Part shown: piece after piece, positions 1-6,156 of the stretch
Position numbering within the stretch: position 1 is the first letter of the stretch
Layout: every line of letters starts with the position of its first letter
Assembly: GCA_022563485.1 (NCBI GenBank)
Contig: JADFNF010000052.1
Coordinates: forward strand, 1-11,550
Reading direction: 5' to 3'
Length of the DNA stretch: 11,550 nucleotides
DNA from: Fidelibacterota bacterium
Lineage (GTDB): Bacteria; Fidelibacterota; Marinisomatia; SCGC-AAA003-L08; TS1B11
Notes under the pieces: generated by a model
Database searches by the model: none
What the model was told of the DNA's origin: nothing
Seen by the model: the letters and a program-made list of their open reading frames with translations, nothing else
Position numbers and translations under genes: made by a program

Positions 1-587
1 AGTACCAGCCCGAAGTATGTGCCGCTGGTATGGGCCACCCCCACTGCCACTAGCCTGTCGCTCCCGTCAGGAAGAATTTGCCAGTACCCTTCCTGCTTCA
101 GGGTGGGCAGGTTGGTCTTGATCTCCTTCGCCACCGCCCGGGGAATCTCGATGGTCCCACTATCCTTCGTGGTCCGCACAAAGAAAGGGAAAGTCTCGCT
201 ATCGGCGTCGTAGGTCCCCAGGCGGATGCGGATGGGGGCGGCGTAGGGCCTTGATGTGAGGGTCCCGATCTCGTCCTGGATCGTCTTACGGCGGTCGGTC
301 TTTTTGCGCTGGTATTCAGGCTCAAGGCGCGTCTTGGCTTCTTCGGCGGAGGCTAGGCGGGCCTCATATTCGGCGGTGGTCTCGAACTCCCCCTTGGGGC
401 CGGTGTCCACCTGTCCGGCCAGGGCCCCTGCCAGCTCCCGGTCCATGACCACATCGAGTTTTTCGAGCTCGGCGTTCAGGGTCACGACCCGGGCCTTGGC
501 CTGCACCAGCTCCGGGGACTGCGCTGCCACCCCCATAGGGGCTAGTAGCAGTGGCAGTAGCAGAAGCAGGCGCGGAACGGTCGGCAT
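1..587 (-). CDS. Secreted/periplasmic hypothetical protein, 3'-truncated by the window edge. ATG at 587-585; N-terminus MPTVPRLLLLLPLLLAPMGVAAQS looks like a signal peptide, followed by a charged, coiled-coil-like segment.
   Basis: My own reverse-complement translation from the ATG at 587-585 runs without a stop to position 1, so it is absent from the ORF track, which needs a stop. It has a hydrophobic leader with an AXA-like cleavage context and high-GC3 codon usage matching neighbouring genes. No family recognised. Confidence 0.55.
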   Translation of the reverse strand, partial: MPTVPRLLLLLPLLLAPMGVAAQSPELVQAKARVVTLNAELEKLDVVMDRELAGALAGQVDTGPKGEFETTAEYEARLASAEEAKTRLEPEYQRKKTDRRKTIQDEIGTLTSRPYAAPIRIRLGTYDADSETFPFFVRTTKDSGTIEIPRAVAKEIKTNLPTLKQEGYWQILPDGSDRLVAVGVAHTSGTYFGLV

Positions 588-683
588 GCTGTAATGGGCC
601 TTCTAGATAGGGCGGGCAGTGAGTTGCCGCCTTACAGGGGCGAGTCTACGAAGCGGTAATGAAAGATGCAAGGGAAACAGCCG

Positions 684-971
684 TTACCCCGCCCCGCTGC
701 CCCCCGCCACCGCCGGGACGATGCTGATCACGTCGCCGTCCTTGAGGGGGGTCTCGCCCCCGGCCAGGTCGCGGATATTCTCCTCGCCCAGGTAGACGTT
801 CACGAACTTGCGGAGGTTGCCGTCCTTGTCGAGGATGTGGCCGCCCAGCTCGGGGTACCGGGCACCCAGGTCCTGGACCACCTCGTCGATGTTGGAGCCG
901 GCCGCTTCGACGGTGCTCAAGTTATCGGTGTACCGTTTCAAAACGGATGGTATCAATACACTAATGGCCAT
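684..971 (-). CDS. cysO: MoaD/ThiS-family sulfur-carrier protein, CysO-like. The C-terminus reads ...IVPAVAGG-SGAG, a Gly-Gly followed by a 4-residue extension.
   Basis: The 95-aa ORF resembles M. tuberculosis CysO as I recall it (e.g. ...RFVNIYVNDEDVRFSGG...ILPAVAGG versus ...KFVNVYLGEENIRDLAGG...IVPAVAGG). GGAG lies 6 nt upstream of the ATG (ccGGAGataataATG). It sits immediately downstream of a JAMM protease and a CysM-like gene, the canonical cysM-mec-cysO arrangement. Confidence 0.8.
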   Translation of the reverse strand: MAISVLIPSVLKRYTDNLSTVEAAGSNIDEVVQDLGARYPELGGHILDKDGNLRKFVNVYLGEENIRDLAGGETPLKDGDVISIVPAVAGGSGAG

Positions 972-1004
972 TATTATCTCCGGTTATGCCAAGTTTCATG
1001 GGTT

Positions 1005-1427
1005 TCACAATACGCTCAGCTGTTCAGGTTCGAAATGGGTGTGGTCGTCGGACAGCACAAAGGAATTGAGCTCCTGGGCCTGACCATCCTGCACCGCCAC
1101 GATGATGTAGGAGAGCCAGGGCAGGGCGTGCTCCAGGTCGTAGTCCGACGGCCGGGCCGGGTGATTGGGATGGGAGTGATAGATGCCGATGATCTCCAGT
1201 CCCCTTCGCCGGGCCTCTTTTTCCCCCTCCCAGTAGGCATCGGGTGAGATGAGGTAGCGGTTACGGGCCGCGTCGGTGCGCTCGTTGTCCACCGGCACGG
1301 TGGTGGTGATGGTCTTCTGGTCCTCCCCGGTGGTGCCCATCAGAAAGCCGCAGCATTCGTGGGGATAGGTGGACTCGCCGTGCCGACGGATCTGGTCCCG
1401 GTTCTCAGGTGATAAAGTGGCCTTCAA
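1005..1427 (-). CDS. mec: JAMM/MPN+ zinc metalloprotease, Mec+/QbsD-like. It deconjugates or processes the MoaD-like carrier.
   Basis: The 140-aa ORF carries a JAMM motif (E...HSHPNHPARPSD = HxHx7Sx2D) and an upstream Glu in ...YPHECCGFLMG..., similar to Mtb Mec+ (Rv1334). It has a TTG start with GGGAG 9 nt upstream and lies 4 nt after the cysM stop, which suggests co-transcription. Confidence 0.8.
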   Translation of the reverse strand: MKATLSPENRDQIRRHGESTYPHECCGFLMGTTGEDQKTITTTVPVDNERTDAARNRYLISPDAYWEGEKEARRRGLEIIGIYHSHPNHPARPSDYDLEHALPWLSYIIVAVQDGQAQELNSFVLSDDHTHFEPEQLSVL

Positions 1428-1431
1428 AGGG

Positions 1432-2403
1432 CTATAGCTCCCAGAACGGTTCGTCCAGGTACTTGCTGGCGTTGTCAGGAAAGACGGTGACGATGACCCC
1501 GGATGCGACCTCTTGGGCCATCCGCTCGGCGGCTACGGCTGCTGCGGCGGCTGAGGGACCCAGAAGCAGGCCTTCCTCCCGGGCCAAACGCAGGGCCATC
1601 TCGTGGGCGTCCTCGGTGGAGACCGCCAGCTGCCGGTCGGCCAATTGGTCGTCGTAGATTTCCGGCACCCTGACCGACTCCAGATGTTTCAGTCCTTCCA
1701 GGCCGTGCAGGGGGGCATCGGGCTGCATGCCGATCAGCTGGATGTCGGGGTTGTAGGCCTTCAACCGGCGGCCCGCGCCCACGAACGTGCCGGTGGTCCC
1801 CAGGCCGGCGACGAAATGGGTGACTTTCCCCTCGGTCTGGTGGAAAATCTCCTCGCCGGTGGTCCGGTAATGGGCCTGCCAATTGTTGGGATTGCTGTAC
1901 TGGTCGGGATAGAAATACCGCTCCGGGTCGGCGGCGACCAGCTGCTGGACCTGCTCGATGGCGGCATCCATGCCTCCCAGGGGATCGGTGAGGATCACCT
2001 CCGCGCCATAGGCGGCCACTATTTGCTGGCGGGTCTGGCTGGCGTTGGCGGGCATCACCAGGGTCACCCGGTAACCCATGACGGCCCCCAACATGGCGTA
2101 GGCGATGCCGGTGTTACCCGAGGTGGCGTCGATAAGGATTTTTTCGTGGGTCAGCTCACCGGACTGTTCCCCGGCCGTCATCATGGCCAGGGCGGCCCGG
2201 TCCTTCACTGAGCCGCCGGGATTGGCCCACTCGGCCTTGGCATACACCTCCACCTTGCCGTGGGGCTCCAGGCTGGTGATCCGCAGGAGCGGCGTGTTCC
2301 CGATGAGCCGGATCAACTCGTCTCGGGACCTGGACTGACGATGGTGGCCGCTAACAGGGGCGGCGGTTGATGGGATGAGGGTGGACGTGCTGCGACTCAC
2401 CAC
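1432..2403 (-). CDS. cysM: PLP-dependent cysteine synthase of the CysM type (O-phosphoserine sulfhydrylase-like). Start codon uncertain.
   Basis: CysK/CysM hallmarks are present: LIGNTPL near the N-terminus, the PLP-lysine context GSVKDR, the SGNTG and HFVAGLGTTGT loops, and DQYSNPNN. Similarity to Mtb CysM Rv1336 is clear by recall. The track's 2460 start is a TTG inside an AT-rich putative promoter. There is no in-frame ATG before the catalytic core. Candidate starts are GTG at 2403 or 2400, or TTG at 2316, and none has a clear SD. Confidence 0.8.
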   Translation of the reverse strand: MVSRSTSTLIPSTAAPVSGHHRQSRSRDELIRLIGNTPLLRITSLEPHGKVEVYAKAEWANPGGSVKDRAALAMMTAGEQSGELTHEKILIDATSGNTGIAYAMLGAVMGYRVTLVMPANASQTRQQIVAAYGAEVILTDPLGGMDAAIEQVQQLVAADPERYFYPDQYSNPNNWQAHYRTTGEEIFHQTEGKVTHFVAGLGTTGTFVGAGRRLKAYNPDIQLIGMQPDAPLHGLEGLKHLESVRVPEIYDDQLADRQLAVSTEDAHEMALRLAREEGLLLGPSAAAAAVAAERMAQEVASGVIVTVFPDNASKYLDEPFWEL

Positions 2404-2492
2404 GTATATACGACTATATTGGTCATATATAAATTTAGCCAGCCCTGCCCAGCTGCTCAAGTAGAAGGTTGTGCCTTAGCGCCATTTGTCGC

Positions 2493-3539
2493 TCAAGGGA
2501 CGCGCAGGGTGATTTTGGGCGGCCCCGCAGTCGTCATGGCGCCAATGATGCTGGCTGCTGGCGTCTGGCGTTTTTGGAGGGCTGCCACTAGCCGGTCCGC
2601 CAACTCGGGAGCGACGGCCATGAGCAGCCCACCGGAGGTCTGGGCATCGGCGGCGATGATCTCCTGGGTCTCCAAAACGGGACCGGCGAGGGTGAGGATT
2701 GGTTTGACGTGGGCCAGGTTACGTCGGGTACCGTCGGGGATGGTCCCCTGGGAGGCCAATTCCCGTGTTCCGGGTAGTAAGGGCAGGTCCTCGAACTCCA
2801 CAACGGCCTGCACCCCGCTGGCCGTGCACATTTCCAACAGGTGGCCCAGGAGGCCGTAGCCGGTCACATCGGTCATGGCATGGACCCCCACCTCGTGGGC
2901 CCCTTCCATGGCCGAGCGGTTCAGGGTGGTCATGATCTCCACGGCTCGGGTCACCACGTCATCCGGGGCGGTCCCCCGTTTGATGGCGGTGGCAATAATG
3001 CCGGTGCCCAGGGGCTTGGTCAGGATCAGGACATCACCGGCCTGAGCGGTGCTGTTGCGGATCAGTTGGTCCTCGGCCACTTCACCGGTGATCACCAGGC
3101 CGTATTTGGGCTCCTCATCATCGATGGTGTGGCCGCCAAGGATATGAATACCGGCCTCGTGGGCCTTGTCCATACCCCCCTTGAGGATGTCCACCAGGTT
3201 GTCCAGGGGCAGCGCCTTGCTGGGGAAACCGACGATGTTCAGGGCGAACAGTGGCTTGCCGCCCATGGCATAGATATCGGAGAGGGCATTCGCGGCTGCG
3301 ATTTGACCGAACTGGTAGGGATCGTCCACAATGGGGGTAAAGAAGTCGACGCTTTGCAGCAGGATCCGCCCGTCGTCCAGGCGGAATGCGGCGGCGTCGT
3401 CGGCGGTATCGAAGCCGACGAGGACTCGCGGGTCGCGCGGTTGCCGGGGCAGTTGACCCAGGACCTGGGCCAGCTCGTCAGGACCGAGCTTGCAGGCTCA
3501 CCCCGAGCCGTGGCTGAGTTGTGTCAGACGTTTGTGCAT
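2493..3539 (-). CDS. selD: Selenide, water dikinase (selenophosphate synthetase) SelD with an in-frame UGA selenocysteine codon at 3500-3498. Full-length product is ~348 aa, starting MHKRLTQLSHGSG-U-ACKLGP.
   Basis: The track ORF 2493..3329 (GTG start) begins mid-protein at ...FFTPIVDDPYQFGQIAAANALSDIYAMGGKP, which is the conserved SelD core. Extending upstream in frame by hand gives ...VLVGFDTADDAAAFRLDDGRILLQSVDFFTPIV and, across TGA (3498-3500), MHKRLTQLSHGSG-U-ACKLGPDELAQVLGQL. This matches the E. coli SelD N-terminus (LTQYSHGAGCGCKISP), with Sec at the Cys17-equivalent. An upstream in-frame stop lies at 3552-3554 and the first ATG at 3539-3537. Confidence 0.85.
3472..3490 (-). promoter_or_regulatory. 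Candidate SECIS stem-loop for the selD UGA. On the minus strand it reads 5'-AGCUCG GUCCUGA CGAGCU-3', a 6-bp stem with a 7-nt apical loop beginning GU, starting 11 nt downstream of the U of UGA.
   Basis: The perfect inverted repeat AGCTCG/CGAGCT was seen directly. Its position (+11 to +29 relative to UGA) matches where bacterial SECIS elements sit. It was not validated computationally. Confidence 0.45.
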
Positions 3540-3731
3540 ACCGGGATAAATTTATCTACGGTGGGCGGCCAGGACATGGACTTTCGCCCCCAGCCTTCAG
3601 CGGTAAGCGATGAACTGTCAGCCATCAGTGGGAAAGAAGGAAATTCCGGGAGGGGACCATTTTGCGAGGTTGATCAGACTTCTCTCGCGGGGCAACTTGA
3701 CCGCGCATCAGTGACCCCGGTTAACTGATAG

Positions 3732-4013
3732 CTATAACCACTCCGTCTTCAGCTCCAACAGCGCCCAGCCGTGGCCCTGCTCCAGGTGATTGGTGATCTC
3801 CGACAACCGCCGCTCCACCACCTTTTTCTCCGCCGCCACGGTGATGAAAGCCAGTTCGGCCCGGTTCCACACTTCCTGCTGTCCCACCTCGGCCACCGAC
3901 ACATTCATGCGGCCCGCTACCCGGTCCTTCAGGGATTTGATGACCCGGCGCTTGTCCTTTAGGCTGTAGGCTTCAGGGATATCGAGGACGGCGCGGAGCA
4001 GGCCGATGTGCAT
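3732..4013 (-). CDS. DUF503-family protein (YlxP-like), 93 aa.
   Basis: The sequence MHIGLLRAVLDIPEAYSLKDKRRVIKSLKDRVAGRMNVSVAEVGQQEVWNRAELAFITVA fits the DUF503 pattern as I recall it (M-IG-L...L-IP-S-SLKEKR ... fNVSvAEV...d-w-ra-l). ATG at 4013-4011 with no obvious SD. Confidence 0.65.
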   Translation of the reverse strand: MHIGLLRAVLDIPEAYSLKDKRRVIKSLKDRVAGRMNVSVAEVGQQEVWNRAELAFITVAAEKKVVERRLSEITNHLEQGHGWALLELKTEWL

Positions 4014-4087
4014 GAAGGGTTTCGGAGTCTGTGATCACTCACTCAGACTCGTGCCATCCAACATCCAACATCAAGCCCCCAGCCCCC

Positions 4088-4990
4088 CTAGTTCACGCCC
4101 CCCAGGATGATCGGCAGGCCGTCCTTGCCCGAGCCGATGACTATCACCTTGGCATTAGTGGAGCTGGCCAGGTTCTCGGTGGCCTCGATGCCTTTCCAGC
4201 GCAAAAAGTTGTCGCTGATCCCTTCGGCGACGGTCTTGTTGAAGTCCCTAATGCCCTGGGCCTCGATGCGCTTGCGCTCAGCTTCCTTGCGCTCCTTATC
4301 CAGGACGAACTCCATGCGTTGGCTCTCCTGCTCGGCCCGCAATTTCTCCTCGATGGCTGCGGACAGGTCCTGGGGCAGAATCACGTCGCGAAGCGGGGTA
4401 GCCTCTATTATAAGTCCCCGGGGTGAAACGGCAGCTGCTAGTTGGCTCGCGATGGTAGTAGCCACCTCATCGCGCATGGAGGCGTACACCGCTTTGGCTT
4501 CATATTTGGCGGTTACATCCCGGACAACCGAGCGGAAATTGGGCAGCAATACGTTGCGGATGAGATCTTCCTCCCGGCCGATAGTCCGCACTATATCAGG
4601 GCCGGCCGACGGGTCCAAATGGTAGATCACGCTGATCTCCAACCCCACGGTAAGGTTCTCCTTGGATGGGGCCCGCATCTCCTCTCGCCGCTCCTGAGTC
4701 TTGATGTTCAATTTGATGATGTCAGCGAAGGGGTTACGCACATTAACCCCTTCACGCAGCACCCGGCTGTCAACCTTGCCGAAGACCTTGATCACGCCAA
4801 CAGTACCGGCATCGATCATCGAGATAGTTTGAGAGGCCGCCAGGATCAGGGACACCAGTCCCACCAGCAAGAGGGTACGGGGGCTGACCCCTATGGCGCT
4901 CAGGCTCTGGGACAGGGCACTGCGGCGGCGTATTTGCACTGAAACCACAAAGGCCACTAAAGCAACGACGATAAATAGGACAAATCGCAT
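4088..4990 (-). CDS. SPFH/band-7 (prohibitin/stomatin/HflK/C-like) membrane protein with an N-terminal transmembrane segment.
   Basis: The 300-aa ORF has the leader MRFVLFIVVALVAFVVSV, a second hydrophobic stretch, and an SPFH core (GTVGVIKVFGKVDSRVLREGVNVRNPFADI...). Its C-terminal region is a coiled coil (EEKLRAEQESQRMEFVLDKERKEAERKRIEAQ). A strong SD is present (tAAGGAGcgtcccgccATG). Confidence 0.85.
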   Translation of the reverse strand: MRFVLFIVVALVAFVVSVQIRRRSALSQSLSAIGVSPRTLLLVGLVSLILAASQTISMIDAGTVGVIKVFGKVDSRVLREGVNVRNPFADIIKLNIKTQERREEMRAPSKENLTVGLEISVIYHLDPSAGPDIVRTIGREEDLIRNVLLPNFRSVVRDVTAKYEAKAVYASMRDEVATTIASQLAAAVSPRGLIIEATPLRDVILPQDLSAAIEEKLRAEQESQRMEFVLDKERKEAERKRIEAQGIRDFNKTVAEGISDNFLRWKGIEATENLASSTNAKVIVIGSGKDGLPIILGGVN

Positions 4991-5210
4991 GGCGGGACGC
5001 TCCTTAGCTAGATATTAAAATTTGAGTCGAATAGATCAGCAGGAAGCTAGCACCTAAAAGTGACGGATGTTGCTTTATTCGTGCGGGCAGACCACCGCAT
5101 CCCTGTTTCAACTGTCCGGCCCCCGTTCCCCCATACCATCGCTGGGAATCTCCTTGGTGAGGTTTCAGCGCCTGAGTAAATCGACGATGATGCTCCGGGC
5201 GGTGAGCTGG

Positions 5211-5762
5211 CTAGGACGAACCACTGCCCTCCCGCCGCCGCCGGGCCAGCTCGTAGCCCAGTACCCCGAAGGCCGTCGCCACGTTCAGGGACTGCTTGAT
5301 TCCCGCCATGGGCAGTTCCAGGCACAGGTCGGCCAGGGCCACCAGCTCGTCGGAGACGCCCGTCACTTCGTTGCCCACCACGAAGCAGACGGGAAATTTC
5401 AGGGGTGCTTCCCAGAAATCCACGGCGTCGGTGGTCTGCTCCAATACCACCAGTTGCATGCCGCCGTCTTGAAGGCCGCGGGCCAGCTGGGCGGCCTCGG
5501 CGTGCTTCTCCCAGGGCATGGTATGCTCGGCCCCCAGGGCCGTTTTGGTGATCATCTTGTGGGGCGGGAAGGCGGAGTAGCCGCACAGGTACAGGTTCCC
5601 CAGGTGGAGGGCGTCGGCGGTGCGGAACATGCTCCCCACGTTGTAGGCCGACCGGATATTCTCCAGGATGGCGCAGATGGGCAGCCGGGGGCGATTGTTC
5701 ACCTCATCCAGTGCAGGACGGGCCTGTTTGAGTTCCAGGTCGGTGAGCTTGCGGCGGACCAT
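5211..5762 (-). CDS. SpoU/TrmH-family RNA 2'-O-ribose methyltransferase. The track ORF is over-extended at the N-terminus; the likely start is the ATG at 5762-5760.
   Basis: The core ...ICAILENIRSAYNVGSMFRTADALHLGNLYLCGY... and ...FVVGNEVTGVSDELVALADLCLELPMAGIKQSLNVATAFGVLGYEL are SpoU-class motifs. The first 56 aa of the track ORF (start 5930) are Arg/Pro/Trp-rich, look non-coding, and overlap the upstream small ORF. M57 (5762) leaves about 30 aa before motif 1, as in E. coli TrmH. Alternative starts are ATG 5807 or 5804. Confidence 0.75.
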   Translation of the reverse strand: MVRRKLTDLELKQARPALDEVNNRPRLPICAILENIRSAYNVGSMFRTADALHLGNLYLCGYSAFPPHKMITKTALGAEHTMPWEKHAEAAQLARGLQDGGMQLVVLEQTTDAVDFWEAPLKFPVCFVVGNEVTGVSDELVALADLCLELPMAGIKQSLNVATAFGVLGYELARRRREGSGSS

Positions 5763-5775
5763 CTCAGCCACGGGG

Positions 5776-5979
5776 CTATTCCCAGTCGCTGGTAGGGGCG
5801 GCATCATCTTCGGCAATGAGGTAAGGTACCACCTTGGCCACGCACGGCTTGCCGGTATCGGGGTGGGGAATAGTCTGTCCCACCTGGTCCTCCAGCTCCT
5901 CGCGCCGGGGCGATTGGAGGGTCGCGGCATATTCGCCGGTCGCTTTCAGGTATAGGTCGAGTCCCCAGAGCTTGGCCAT
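5776..5979 (-). CDS. Hypothetical small protein (67 aa) of unrecognised family, immediately upstream of the methyltransferase.
   Basis: ATG start at 5979-5977. Amino-acid composition is balanced (MAKLWGLDLYLKATGEYAATLQSPRREELEDQVGQTIPHPDTGKPCVAKVVPYLIAEDD...) and GC3 is ~70%, consistent with genuine coding. The TAG stop lies 13 nt before the methyltransferase ATG. No SD and no recognisable domain. Confidence 0.35.
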   Translation of the reverse strand: MAKLWGLDLYLKATGEYAATLQSPRREELEDQVGQTIPHPDTGKPCVAKVVPYLIAEDDAAPTSDWE

Positions 5980-6156
5980 GGGTGAATTTACATGAGAAGT
6001 CCGGGCAAGGTGACCGGTTGCCCTGACTGTGCGGGCTCCACGGTATGGATATTGGCTGCAAAATCACTATCTATGTGTGTCTGTGGAGCATGCCAAGAAT
6101 TCCCTGTGTGTTCAGGCTTCGACAGGGCCAATTTCCGGGATGGCAAGGAGTCTCCC

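Noticed and set aside
666-1247. 193-aa plus-strand ORF spanning the cysO and mec loci
   Set aside because: It is antisense to two well-supported genes. The translation is Arg/Pro/Gly-rich and resembles no known protein.
1603-2211. 202-aa plus-strand ORF
   Set aside because: It is antisense to the cysM-like gene, Gly/His-rich, and has no start context.
2841-3728. 295-aa plus-strand ORF (Gly/His/Asp-rich)
   Set aside because: It lies antisense to the strongly conserved selD coding region, has a low-complexity composition, and shows no domain resemblance. It is a typical high-GC antisense artefact.
3540-3731. Possible tRNA-Sec (selC) or other RNA gene in the 192-nt gap upstream of selD
   Set aside because: I scanned for a Sec-tRNA-like anticodon loop (CUUCAAA context) and a long-variable-arm cloverleaf on both strands. 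None was found here or elsewhere in the window.
5067-5795. 242-aa plus-strand ORF and 5047..5586 minus-strand ORF
   Set aside because: The plus-strand ORF is antisense to the TrmH-like gene. The 179-aa minus-strand ORF is out of frame with it and Arg/Gly-rich.
5763-5930. N-terminal 56 residues of the track ORF 5211..5930
   Set aside because: The stretch is Arg/Pro/Trp-rich and non-protein-like. It overlaps the better-looking 67-aa ORF and precedes the conserved SpoU core by an implausible distance.
5992-6156. N-terminal 55 residues of the track ORF 5992..7572 (Cys-rich MRSPGKVTGCPDCAGS...)
   Set aside because: This is read-through of the divergent intergenic region. A strong SD plus ATG at 6157 followed by a textbook signal peptide marks the real start.
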